From IMG/VR virus record IMGVR_UViG_3300033112_000364, positions 1 through 63,966 of that record: DNA of 63,966 bases; one strand, written 5' to 3'. The position numbers were made by a program, and so were the translations under genes. This DNA is from a virus. The notes beneath the pieces are model-generated. The model worked only from the letters and a program-made list of their open reading frames with translations, had not been told where the DNA came from and ran no database searches. This document shows positions 27,149 through 36,585 of this stretch, piece after piece. Numbering within the stretch: position 1 is the stretch's first letter; the number at the start of each line of letters is the position of its first letter.

Positions 27149-28210
27149 CTAATTACCTCGTTTCAGATATAATGTGCTGGTAATAATAGTTGATGATTGA
27201 GCCTCTAATGTTATCTCAAACATTTCGTGAAGTTCACCATCAGGCATAATACCTTTTAGGTGTGTCCCATCTGTCCTCAGAAAATCAGGTATGTTTACAC
27301 CTTTAACGAAGCCGTTTGCTAATTCGCCTAAATTAATATCTATCGTATCACCTGCTGCGTATTGCAAAAATTCGCAATTTAGAACTGGTTTTTGAATTCC
27401 AACTCCACTCGCTTTCGGTATCTGTCTTAGCGATTTGATTTCTTTTACTGATTTATTTAATCTTACCGAATCTCTAACTGATTTGCGTGGTGATGGAATG
27501 CGTTTCGCTATATCATCAATATCACACAATATTTGGTTTACACACAAAAGCCCAAAAGCTAACGAGTAAGGGTTTTGACCATCAGGACAAAATACTCGCA
27601 AAACACCTTCTTGAAGTGTTTCTGGTTCAGAATTCCAATTAGGCACAGATGGAAAAAACTCTACACGTGGCAATCTTGTTGTATCTGTTAGCATGTTGAG
27701 TCGTAGCTTCGCATCTAACCGAGTAGGATACCACTCTACGTGAAACTCCGTTATTGGTGGATGACCAATTGCATAACGATACATATAATCAATATAGGGT
27801 TCAAGTCTTGGAATAGTTATCTCATCTTCAACAAGATAAATACGCGGTTCAATAGACTCTGTATCTTGAACTATATCTATAACACCTACAGGATTTTCAT
27901 ACCCACCACTCTGTGGTGATGTCAGTCTTACATTGCCATTTTGTAGAATATCAGACTTTGCCAATTTATCTGGCACAGTAGGATTGAATAACGCAACGGG
28001 CAATCTCTCTATATCTGTTAGAGGATTGATGCGTGCATCGGCATCCGAACGGTTCGCGAACCATAACATACGGAAACTTTTTGCCGAAGGATTCCCACGC
28101 TCGTAATGCATAGGAAAAAATCGTGTTTCACCCGGTGTAAGAGGTGCTTCCTCTGGTGACACCACAAAAAACGCACGAGCATAATGTGTTTGACTAATCC
28201 TTGTCAACAT
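27149..28210 (-). CDS. tail protein with two copies of the repeat domain (353 aa)
   Basis: WFANRSDADARINPLTDIERLP and WYPTRLDAKLRLNMLTDTTRLP. Confidence 0.5.
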   Translation of the reverse strand: MLTRISQTHYARAFFVVSPEEAPLTPGETRFFPMHYERGNPSAKSFRMLWFANRSDADARINPLTDIERLPVALFNPTVPDKLAKSDILQNGNVRLTSPQSGGYENPVGVIDIVQDTESIEPRIYLVEDEITIPRLEPYIDYMYRYAIGHPPITEFHVEWYPTRLDAKLRLNMLTDTTRLPRVEFFPSVPNWNSEPETLQEGVLRVFCPDGQNPYSLAFGLLCVNQILCDIDDIAKRIPSPRKSVRDSVRLNKSVKEIKSLRQIPKASGVGIQKPVLNCEFLQYAAGDTIDINLGELANGFVKGVNIPDFLRTDGTHLKGIMPDGELHEMFEITLEAQSSTIITSTLYLKRGN

Positions 28211-28669
28211 CTAAACACCTTGATTATAGGCAAGCACTCCACCCAACAAAGGATTAAACCTTGCACTACCCTCACGCCCTAATCCTATCAATGTGCTGAA
28301 CGCATCCTCATCATTTGTAAACACTAACATCGCAGAATAAGTTGCCATAAGCACAGCAGCAGGTGTTTGGGTCACATCAGGCATTGGTGGTGTAAATGTT
28401 CCGCTCTCAACAGATACACCATTAGCTAAAACACCTTGCGGATCGCGGTCTGTAGGATACGATGCAGAAAATCCGAAATCATCATGTGCTGTATCGTAGT
28501 CCGTACCTAAAATATAGATAAAATCAATTGTAAATGGTATACGCACCCCGCGTCTTGCATGAAATGTTTTGCGTTCATCATCCGCATCAATTTCCAAGTG
28601 ACAAGGTGCGTACATCAAGAGTTCCAAAACAAATATGTCATCACATATTTTTGGCTCTAAAGTTGCCAT
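28211..28669 (-). CDS. hypothetical virion-module protein (152 aa), MAxxxxIC..F N-terminal family
   Basis: N-terminus is MATLEPKICDDIFVLELLMYAPCHL. Compare the next two family members. Confidence 0.5.
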   Translation of the reverse strand: MATLEPKICDDIFVLELLMYAPCHLEIDADDERKTFHARRGVRIPFTIDFIYILGTDYDTAHDDFGFSASYPTDRDPQGVLANGVSVESGTFTPPMPDVTQTPAAVLMATYSAMLVFTNDEDAFSTLIGLGREGSARFNPLLGGVLAYNQGV

Positions 28670-28683
28670 CAGACATTCCTCTA

Positions 28684-29160
28684 TTATGGTGTTCCTGTAT
28701 CCATTGTTAGCGTTCCGCCGATTGTTTCACTGCGTGCTTCCGTATTTTGTGTTCCATAAGTAACGCTTGCGTTTGCATTACAAGCGTAGGAAAGCGTTCC
28801 TGTTTTGAGAGTGCTGGGTCCGCCTGAGAAATCGGGTTTCGTTGGATTGATGATTGGCGCGCCGATGCTCATATTCGCCTGATTGCCCGCATGTAGCACA
28901 CCGTTCATAATTGTTGCACTAAACGATGAATTAGGTTCATGCCCGCCTATCCCAACATAATACTCAAATGCAAAGATAAGTTCTGCACTATTGCCCGGAG
29001 ACAACTCAAATTCTCTATTATCTGTGCCTTGTTCATAATTCACTGTATCTGTACTTGCAGCAGATACACCTCTGACTTCATCTGTGTAATCTACAAAAGC
29101 GAGGTGACAATCTAAAGCTGCAATAATTTCTATCGTAAATGCATCTGTACAAATAGCCAT
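28684..29160 (-). CDS. hypothetical virion-module protein (158 aa), MAIC N-terminal family
   Basis: N-terminus is MAICTDAFTIEIIAALDCHL. Confidence 0.5.
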   Translation of the reverse strand: MAICTDAFTIEIIAALDCHLAFVDYTDEVRGVSAASTDTVNYEQGTDNREFELSPGNSAELIFAFEYYVGIGGHEPNSSFSATIMNGVLHAGNQANMSIGAPIINPTKPDFSGGPSTLKTGTLSYACNANASVTYGTQNTEARSETIGGTLTMDTGTP

Positions 29161-29172
29161 TTTATTTGACTC

Positions 29173-29613
29173 CTATTTTAATTCTATTCCTATGAGTTCT
29201 TTTCTGAGGATTTTACCCTCAAGTTGTTGTTCGGGATCATAATAAGCACACGCAATTGCCATGCGTTGCTTGCCTTTATGGTGAACATCTATGATTTTGT
29301 ACACTTTCATTAACATTCGGATTTGTATATGTGTAAGTTGTTCAGATAACAGAACACATAATTGGTCTTCAAGGAAATCACCTAATACAGGATTGTCTCC
29401 TTCTGCTAACCATGTATTCATCGTTTCGTTGCCGTCAAAATTTACTATCGGGTCTTGTTTACGAAGATTGGGTATTATACCCTTGTTCAATTTACCATCA
29501 TGTTGTATCACAAACACATGGTATCTTTCGGTTAATGTGCCTATATGTTTGACACTCAAGCGAGGATTGAGAAGTAAACATAAAACTCGTGTTGTTTCGT
29601 TTTTTTGCATCAT
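29173..29613 (-). CDS. hypothetical protein (146 aa)
   Basis: Coupled ORF. No motif recognised. Confidence 0.55.
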   Translation of the reverse strand: MMQKNETTRVLCLLLNPRLSVKHIGTLTERYHVFVIQHDGKLNKGIIPNLRKQDPIVNFDGNETMNTWLAEGDNPVLGDFLEDQLCVLLSEQLTHIQIRMLMKVYKIIDVHHKGKQRMAIACAYYDPEQQLEGKILRKELIGIELK

Positions 29614-31028
29614 GCGGGTCCTACTCCTGTTTCTTGTTGTCCAACGCGGAATATACGCGTTATTGTTTCGCCATAGAGCCGAATATCTCCATCTCCCTCT
29701 ACGGTAACAGCACGTGCTTCAATCTGATATACGCCATCAACGAGCGGATACTCATTACCAAACGGATAACACCGTAGCTGATGATAGGGTGATGCATACA
29801 GTTGATCGGGCCATTCAACGTTTGTAGTTACTATATCCACGTTGCTATTCCAATTACTCCACGCTGCATTGCCTCTCTTGGTTCGGAATTCGTAATAATC
29901 AATTTGTAATGCCGATTCAGTTGGTTGTGTAATAGGCACACCATTCCGATATTCAGGTTGGGGCCAATAGTTATGAAAGAAACCATTTGGCACCGTCGGA
30001 TCGCCTAACCAAAAAGGTTGTTCCCATTGCAACCGCCATCGTTCATCTAAAAAATTGGGATCAAAAGGTATTCTCGTGCTATAAACAGACAGATCAAGCT
30101 GTACATTACGCGGATTAGGTATAGGTCTATCTGCTTCTTCTAACACCTCTACGGGCCATGCCAGTCTGATGTTTGTACTGTCCCTGTTCCATACCGTTCT
30201 TTCTTCTTGTGTAGAACCAGGTTTTATCTGAATACCAACACTGAATTCATCATATTCATTCCAAAATACGACGGGTTGTTCACCTTCCTGTTCAATTACA
30301 GGTTGCAGATCACTAATAATTCGTTGTCCTCGTTCAACTGGAATAATCGTTTTGAGTAAATCCCAAAAAACACCGATATTCTCTACAACACGACCTGGAT
30401 ACTCTTTGACTGCTCCTGGAATTCGGTCATATATTTCTGAACCTTCCTCTCGTAAGCGTGACACGATAATTCGTATATCTACTGGCATCTTATTGCCTTC
30501 ATCATCTTCAGGCAAATCCCACTCTACAACCCAGCCATTTCCTAACTTGCGTGCTGTAAGATTAGCAATGACTGCCTCTGGTGTGGTAAAGATAATAAGA
30601 TCAGGTTCAGGTGTAGGCACTTCACCGCGAACAGGTTGATATGCACTTACATCCATCCATACATAATAAAAATCATCACTATCTTCTTCCCATCTTGGCA
30701 CATGTCCATTGATAACGGCTGTAACAACAACATCTTGCTCCTCATCTGCTTCGACATTCACAAGATTCGGTGATTCAGGTGAAATACTAACGACGCGCGC
30801 ACCGCGAGGCACGATATGTCCTTGATTTCCTTCAAATTTCACCTTGAACGGTGCATCTACAAAAGGCGGTTCACCTATAATATATTTTCCACGTGCAGTA
30901 AATTCTTGACCAATTTGCACATCAATTCTATTCGGTTGCATTGGCGTAATATAGGCTTCAACTGGGTCTGCTTCAGACAACGCTCCCACAGAAATATCAA
31001 TGTAAAAATCGTATTCACATATTGCCAT
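29610..31028 (-). CDS. virion-module protein (472 aa), MAIC N-terminal family
   Basis: N-terminus is MAICEYDFYIDISVG, followed by beta-rich, W-rich domains. Confidence 0.5.
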   Translation of the reverse strand: MAICEYDFYIDISVGALSEADPVEAYITPMQPNRIDVQIGQEFTARGKYIIGEPPFVDAPFKVKFEGNQGHIVPRGARVVSISPESPNLVNVEADEEQDVVVTAVINGHVPRWEEDSDDFYYVWMDVSAYQPVRGEVPTPEPDLIIFTTPEAVIANLTARKLGNGWVVEWDLPEDDEGNKMPVDIRIIVSRLREEGSEIYDRIPGAVKEYPGRVVENIGVFWDLLKTIIPVERGQRIISDLQPVIEQEGEQPVVFWNEYDEFSVGIQIKPGSTQEERTVWNRDSTNIRLAWPVEVLEEADRPIPNPRNVQLDLSVYSTRIPFDPNFLDERWRLQWEQPFWLGDPTVPNGFFHNYWPQPEYRNGVPITQPTESALQIDYYEFRTKRGNAAWSNWNSNVDIVTTNVEWPDQLYASPYHQLRCYPFGNEYPLVDGVYQIEARAVTVEGDGDIRLYGETITRIFRVGQQETGVGPA

Positions 31029-31036
31029 GTCAAACC

Positions 31037-31222
31037 TTAATATGTGCTTGAAGGTGAATCATCATCATAATCTATAGCAGACGTATCTATTGCAATTAAC
31101 CATCTGCCAACACGGACAGGCATTAACCTAATAAGATTAGGATTTGAATTTATTCTGATAGCAGTTTTCAGCCCGTTCAGTGTTTTTTTCTTATTAAACC
31201 TTATTGGTTTCATTGAACACAA
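31037..31222 (-). CDS. hypothetical small protein (61 aa)
   Basis: Short ORF filling a gap; weak evidence. Confidence 0.3.
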   Translation of the reverse strand: MCSMKPIRFNKKKTLNGLKTAIRINSNPNLIRLMPVRVGRWLIAIDTSAIDYDDDSPSSTY

Positions 31223-31602
31223 CCAATCAGTAAAGTCTCATTACACGCATTAACGAGACTTTCAGATATATTGTAAAGAAACTCGTATATTTCCAACACG
31301 TCTTTATCAACCATTTTAAGAAAAGGTTGGTTTACAAGAAAATATTCAATATCATCAAGATTTTCAATTATATCAGATGGAATCAGATATGTGTCGTTCG
31401 CAACGTGGATAGCATCCGCAGGCGATTCTGCTACGTGCAAGATAAGCAGTGGCATTTGATTCAAGAACTGACTTTCCAAAACACGCTGTCCATCAAACAA
31501 GGAATCTTTGACCTGTTCTTTAATTGGTTTAATTCCAACAAGATAAGAATCATTCATGAGATCAGATTGTCTGTGCTGAAAATATGTGATTTTATCTATC
31601 AT
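31210..31602 (-). CDS. hypothetical protein (130 aa)
   Basis: Coupled ORF downstream of the glycosyltransferase cassette. Confidence 0.55.
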   Translation of the reverse strand: MIDKITYFQHRQSDLMNDSYLVGIKPIKEQVKDSLFDGQRVLESQFLNQMPLLILHVAESPADAIHVANDTYLIPSDIIENLDDIEYFLVNQPFLKMVDKDVLEIYEFLYNISESLVNACNETLLIGCVQ

Positions 31603-32582
31603 TAGCGTAGTACTCCTGTGAATTGTTTTAGAAATGCTTCATAGCTGACATTATCTTTCACCCATTTTCTGTTCCATGTAGCGATAGCAGCGTATTCTTC
31701 TTCTTCTGCTATCATCAGATCAATGTCGTCAGAACTTGTGCTGCAATGCCGTTCTGCTTTCAATCCGTGTTTACCAGCAATCACAGGTAAGCCTGTTGCC
31801 ATCATTTCAGCGTATGCTTGACCGAAACACTCATGCGTTGCCAGCCACAACCCAAACATGTTTTTTTGCATAGTGCGTGCAACTTCCATTTGAGATAAAC
31901 TCGGATAAAAATTGTCTGTTACACTTTTGAGTTCAGTTTCAAGCTGAACTGAAGGATCACTTTTATCAGGTTTTGACCACAAGCCCGCAGAACCGATATA
32001 AGTTGTTGAAATTCCTTTGTCTTGGAATGTCTTGAAAGCATCAATAACTGCCTTAACATTCTTGATCCAACTAACATGCCCCGTAGCAACGATGGAATTC
32101 TCTTTGACTGGATCATGCGGTGGCATAAACACGTCCATTGGAACTGGATCGCATAGGATAGCATCGGGTGTAATATCGTAATAAGAAAAGATATTTGCTT
32201 GATACTGGCAGTTGCAGGTGATTTTATCAAAAGTGTTTAGCACAGCATCTCTAAACTTTGCTTCCCACCGCATCACTTCAAATTCAGAACAGACGAGAAT
32301 AAGCATCCGATTGTTAAGCTTACCGATCTCCGTTATCTTCTCCCAATGCTCGTTGTCATCTTCGTTATACAACTTGAACCACAACGGCTCTACCAAAACA
32401 ACAGGTGCATCAATATCATTTGGATCATCGGTGAGTTGTGTGTAGTATTGCTGACCTAATGCTTCTACAATGCGTTGCGTTTTGACTGCCATACCGCCAC
32501 CGAAGCCTTGATGTTCAGGGCGTTGATGTAGGTTATAGTCGTGCCATTTCTTGCATGTGACGTAAGATACCATATAGTTCAT
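31602..32582 (-). CDS. GT-B (GT1/GT4-type) glycosyltransferase
   Basis: ECFGQAYAEMMATGLPVIA matches the E-x7-E motif. ATG 32582 makes an ATGA overlap with the upstream stop and GGAG lies upstream. The track start is 32600. Confidence 0.7.
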   Translation of the reverse strand: MNYMVSYVTCKKWHDYNLHQRPEHQGFGGGMAVKTQRIVEALGQQYYTQLTDDPNDIDAPVVLVEPLWFKLYNEDDNEHWEKITEIGKLNNRMLILVCSEFEVMRWEAKFRDAVLNTFDKITCNCQYQANIFSYYDITPDAILCDPVPMDVFMPPHDPVKENSIVATGHVSWIKNVKAVIDAFKTFQDKGISTTYIGSAGLWSKPDKSDPSVQLETELKSVTDNFYPSLSQMEVARTMQKNMFGLWLATHECFGQAYAEMMATGLPVIAGKHGLKAERHCSTSSDDIDLMIAEEEEYAAIATWNRKWVKDNVSYEAFLKQFTGVLR

Positions 32583-33283
32583 CTTGAGTTCTCCAACCAA
32601 TGCGTTTTATACCATTCATGCCGTATTACCGATGGATACAAGGAATAGACACCATCTCCTTGCATTTTTTTGATACCTTGTTCCATCAACCAATATCCAG
32701 TAGACTTTGCTTCTGCAAGCAGCATTGTTGCCCCCGCAGGTGTAATAAGTGTGCCATAATCGCCAAATGCAATTTCTTGTGTGATGCGTGTAAATACATG
32801 GTGCGTATCTTTCAGCGTAACAGGCACAGGTTTCTCAAATCTGTGTGTTGCTGGTGTATACCTACCAAGCTGAACAATCCTCATGTCCTGTTTATGTTGA
32901 TACAAGAGTGCATGTGCCACAGCTTCTAAATCCCAAAAATCAATGTTCAACATACAATCATCGAGAATGAACAACGCACAGGTCTGTATCTCATCGCGAA
33001 TAGTGCGAATAAGCGAAAGATAGCTCCACATGATAGCGACTTCAATGGCGATATTGGGATGTTTCCAGTCGTCAGCGTAATGAAACTCACCAAAATGCTC
33101 AAAACCATCGGCAACAGCAGCTTCCGTAATCTCTTTCAGGGGTTTGTTGCGTCCATCTTTGGCAGGATAAAGTGTGATTATTTCCTCTGGCACATTCTGC
33201 GTTAGTAAATTACCGATTGTGATACCTGCCCGCATCACTTGATCTTCAAGGTTCAGGATAAAGACTTTTTCTATAGCTGGCAT
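32579..33283 (-). CDS. GT25-like (LPS-type) glycosyltransferase, paralog of 34253..35035
   Basis: The N-terminus EKVFILNLEDQVMR resembles the GT25 start. It shares AAVADGFEHF with AAIADGFPSF in the paralog. Confidence 0.5.
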   Translation of the reverse strand: MPAIEKVFILNLEDQVMRAGITIGNLLTQNVPEEIITLYPAKDGRNKPLKEITEAAVADGFEHFGEFHYADDWKHPNIAIEVAIMWSYLSLIRTIRDEIQTCALFILDDCMLNIDFWDLEAVAHALLYQHKQDMRIVQLGRYTPATHRFEKPVPVTLKDTHHVFTRITQEIAFGDYGTLITPAGATMLLAEAKSTGYWLMEQGIKKMQGDGVYSLYPSVIRHEWYKTHWLENSR

Positions 33284-34287
33284 ATTGCTTCCGCCCTTTT
33301 TCTTCCAATTGTTGTATTTCCGAATGCTGAAGAAAGCACATCAAGACAATCCTGATGCCATTCCTTTTCCCAATCAAATCCATTTGTGGTGTAGATATGT
33401 GATAGTGTGGACTCATGATCCCAATCTTCATATACCCACAATGTTTTGGGATCAAACCCGTGTAATCGTGTAGATGTTCCCAAAAGAAATATTTCTAAAA
33501 TCGTTGTTTCTAAAGATGAATATTTTGCGAGTTTGAAAAACATATCGTGAAAGTCTTTATTGTTTCGCAAACTCTTTGGAAATCCAACGAACCATCCGCC
33601 AATCACAGGGCTTTCTTTTGTGTTATCTAACATTGTATCTTTTATTTTTTTATCAGGATATATTTGTTCTGTAGTATCCCAGAATTGGTCGTAAGTTTTC
33701 AGATAACGTTCCATGTGTTCAATCGCCCATATAGGTGGGCGATCTTCTTTTAAATATGGTGGGTTTGCTGTGTAAATTTTATCCTCCATATTTTGTTGTT
33801 GAAGTTTTTGAAAAAGTCTGTATTTTTCTTTGCCTAAAAATGGATAAGAATCCACATCTAAAACAAGTAATGAATCGTAATCGTTGAAAACTTCCTCAAA
33901 TATACCAGCCCATTTTACTGCAAATTGCATAGGTTCAGGCTGAGAGTAAATCACACGTAAATGCAAAGGAACATTCGCTTTGTCAAAAATATCCATAACG
34001 ACTGAGGCATTCTTTTCTCCAATCAGAAAATATGTGGGAATACCTTCTTCTATAGCGTCAGTTGCTTGGATATATTTTAAAGCTGTCCAGACAGATGCGC
34101 GAGCCCACATAGCATGATTATGACATGCAGTGTCGCTTGCATCTATGAGAAAAATAGGCAGAGCGACTGCAATAGTATTCTTATATTCATAATCAAAGCA
34201 ATCTGAAACACTTTCTGTTATTTCAGGCAATCGTGATATATGTGCTCTATGTTCAACGTTGTTCATGTTCACCCATCCGATAAACAC
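33271..34287 (-). CDS. putative transferase of the glycosylation cassette (338 aa)
   Basis: LLVLDVDSYPF is a DxD-like motif. The gene sits between glycosyltransferase genes. The start is uncertain (34287 or 34266). Confidence 0.4.
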   Translation of the reverse strand: MFIGWVNMNNVEHRAHISRLPEITESVSDCFDYEYKNTIAVALPIFLIDASDTACHNHAMWARASVWTALKYIQATDAIEEGIPTYFLIGEKNASVVMDIFDKANVPLHLRVIYSQPEPMQFAVKWAGIFEEVFNDYDSLLVLDVDSYPFLGKEKYRLFQKLQQQNMEDKIYTANPPYLKEDRPPIWAIEHMERYLKTYDQFWDTTEQIYPDKKIKDTMLDNTKESPVIGGWFVGFPKSLRNNKDFHDMFFKLAKYSSLETTILEIFLLGTSTRLHGFDPKTLWVYEDWDHESTLSHIYTTNGFDWEKEWHQDCLDVLSSAFGNTTIGRKRAEAICQL

Positions 34288-35035
34288 TTAAATGTTCAAA
34301 ACCTCTAAAACCACCAAAATCATCATACCCTTTAGCATGTGTAGTCATACTGGTCGAATGAGGGATATACGTCACAGAAAGTTCTTCGGGTAACGTCCAA
34401 ATACCTTCCACATCTTTCCACTTAGAAAATCTTGGATCAGACTCTATCTCAACAAAGAAAGTGTCCAGTCCAGTAAATTCGTCTGCATAAGGCGATGCCA
34501 TGATCCAGTCGACAAATCGTGGGGTAATAATTATTGCCTGATCATAGTTGTGATTGGTAATGCCTTTGAAGATCATGTGATTGAAATTACCATAGCCATC
34601 TCTATTCCAATCTTTGAGGCTGGTATAAGATAATAAGTTTAACAAACGCCATTCTTCATCAAATCCATCTAATCTACCTGTAATGTGTTCATACCTATCA
34701 AACTTCATACGCAACAACACATCGTCATGAATGATCATCGCACATTCACCATTTTCTTTGATCTTTCGCCAGAGATGCATGTATGCCCATTGCTGTGCAA
34801 CACATCTGAAAGTCCAACTTTGCGATTCGTTTTTGTTCACATTTTCAAATGATGGGAATCCATCTGCGATGGCAGCATCACAAAGATCGTTGATGTTGCC
34901 ATAATCCTCAAAATCAGCACCATAGAAAATCTCTATACGATCTATCGGAACACCCATCGTAAATAATCCACCCAAACAGATTAGCATCCGATCGCGTGCA
35001 CGGTCTATTGTGAATATATAAACTTTATCTATCAT
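34253..35035 (-). CDS. GT25-like glycosyltransferase
   Basis: IDKVYIFTIDRARDR at the N-terminus, an IIHDDVLL motif, and paralogy with 32579..33283. Confidence 0.5.
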   Translation of the reverse strand: MIDKVYIFTIDRARDRMLICLGGLFTMGVPIDRIEIFYGADFEDYGNINDLCDAAIADGFPSFENVNKNESQSWTFRCVAQQWAYMHLWRKIKENGECAMIIHDDVLLRMKFDRYEHITGRLDGFDEEWRLLNLLSYTSLKDWNRDGYGNFNHMIFKGITNHNYDQAIIITPRFVDWIMASPYADEFTGLDTFFVEIESDPRFSKWKDVEGIWTLPEELSVTYIPHSTSMTTHAKGYDDFGGFRGFEHLSVYRMGEHEQR

Positions 35036-36042
35036 GATAACTCCAATGCTCTAACAGCGTATTTCGCTGTTTGTTGATGTTGATATGTTTCAGAATTGAC
35101 ATGTGATACAATGTCTCGGTCAGTCAGTTCATTGAGTTGGGGTGCAAGCGATTTACCATAACCACCGATGACAAGAATCTGTTCATCATGAGGCACTTTC
35201 ATAACATCAAGAGCCTTGAGAATAGAAAGCATATCCTGCTGTGTTATCGGATTAGAAACTTTCATTACCATCTGTTTATGAAAACCACCGTTTGCCGTAA
35301 TCGTCCAACGCACACCAGCAAGTGCTTCCAATTCGCTTGGTATGAAATCAATCTCAGGGTAACTAATCACTAACCATGTACCAGCAATGATAATAGGTTT
35401 GGGATCAAAGACAGAAATACAACTATGATCATGCCCACCAGCAAACACTCTTACACCCTCTTTTGTTTTGCCAACAATCGTGCTTGGACTGATAAACTTA
35501 TCTGAAAACGGCAATGTGTTAAAACACGGCAGATAACTGGCTTTGTAGGTATCAAACACTTGCATTGCCCATTCCCGTTGTCTCAGATTAAAGAGACCGC
35601 TATTCGCTGCGTGTGTTAACTCCCATGTATCGATAGATACATCACAGAGTTCACTCGCAATATATGTGGAAACAGGTAAAACAGTTAATAAATCATAGTA
35701 ATTGAAAGTCAGTAGCGTTTGAAAAACAGAACCGATGTCACGATCTATATGTGTTGGTGTGCCTGTTATCTGATAGAAGTTTTCACGCACTGGTGTCAAA
35801 GCGTATCTCGGACTGTAAACAACGTTATCGTAAATGATGCTCTCACCGAAACTGATAGGGAATATAGCCTCATAACGAAACTTATCAAAGTGAGAGATAA
35901 CTTCTCGTACGCATGCTTTCAGTTTCTCAGCAGACCGAATGTCCGTAGGCACTTTGTAATCAGCAATTAGGTGCAACGATGCATCAAATAGATAGCCTTT
36001 CGTATACGAGCAGCCGATGTCAAGTATCAATACTTTCTTCAT
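35032..36042 (-). CDS. FGGY-family-like carbohydrate/polyol kinase
   Basis: ILDIGCSYTKG (phosphate-1), AGGHDHSCIS, AGTWLVIS and VIGGYGKS, in FGGY/ASKHA order. Confidence 0.65.
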   Translation of the reverse strand: MKKVLILDIGCSYTKGYLFDASLHLIADYKVPTDIRSAEKLKACVREVISHFDKFRYEAIFPISFGESIIYDNVVYSPRYALTPVRENFYQITGTPTHIDRDIGSVFQTLLTFNYYDLLTVLPVSTYIASELCDVSIDTWELTHAANSGLFNLRQREWAMQVFDTYKASYLPCFNTLPFSDKFISPSTIVGKTKEGVRVFAGGHDHSCISVFDPKPIIIAGTWLVISYPEIDFIPSELEALAGVRWTITANGGFHKQMVMKVSNPITQQDMLSILKALDVMKVPHDEQILVIGGYGKSLAPQLNELTDRDIVSHVNSETYQHQQTAKYAVRALELS

Positions 36043-36499
36043 ACAGCATTCCTATTTTCTTGAGGTATCCTGATGTAGAAATATACTGTTCACTGAGTCT
36101 TTCTAATAACACTCTTTGAATACCATATTTTTCCAAAACACCTTCAAGTGGACAAGTTTTATCTTGTCCTTGTGCCAAGATATGAGGACGAACCTTATCA
36201 ATAAGTTCTATTTGTGCCAAGTCGTTGTGTTCAATACACACTTCTATTGGAACATTTGCAGGATCAGGACATTTTAATCCGTAAATATGAACCTTATTCA
36301 CGTGACGATTAGATTCAATAATTTTCTTGCGATGCTCAGCAGGAAATATCGGTTCACGTTTCTTGTAAGCTCTCAAGATATTGTCACTCGCAACACCGAC
36401 TGTCAAGTGTGTGCCTAATTTAGAAGCCTGTTCATATAAATCGCAATGTCCTAAATGGTAAAGATCAAAACAACCTACAACAAGTATTCGCTTTTTCAT
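36020..36499 (-). CDS. cytidylyltransferase-family nucleotidyltransferase (TagD / RfaE-domain-II-like)
   Basis: GCFDLYHLGH is the HxGH motif. LYEQASKLGTHLTVGVASD, EHRKKIIESNRHVNKV and ISTS align along the B. subtilis TagD sequence as I remember it. Confidence 0.8.
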   Translation of the reverse strand: MKKRILVVGCFDLYHLGHCDLYEQASKLGTHLTVGVASDNILRAYKKREPIFPAEHRKKIIESNRHVNKVHIYGLKCPDPANVPIEVCIEHNDLAQIELIDKVRPHILAQGQDKTCPLEGVLEKYGIQRVLLERLSEQYISTSGYLKKIGMLYEESIDT

Positions 36500-36573
36500 T
36501 ATTTCAAAAAAATAGAATATATGACAAAAATGATTATAACAAAATATGTCCCATAAACAATCCCTTTAAACAT
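36499..36573 (-). CDS. possible 24-aa hydrophobic micro-protein (MFKGIVYGTYFVIIIFVIYSIFLK)
   Basis: ATG 36573 has AGGAG/TAGGA upstream. Its TAA stop shares 1 nt with the cytidylyltransferase ATG (TAATG). It is below the size cut-off of the ORF track. Confidence 0.3.
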   Translation of the reverse strand: MFKGIVYGTYFVIIIFVIYSIFLK

Positions 36574-36585
36574 TCCTAATGTCTC

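Noticed and set aside
29173-29613. Nonapeptide HI(K/Q)IRMLMK shared with 18173..18613 (both 146 aa), suggesting a third paralog
   Set aside because: The rest of the two sequences does not align, and the motif sits at different positions. It is probably chance plus a 12-nt DNA identity.
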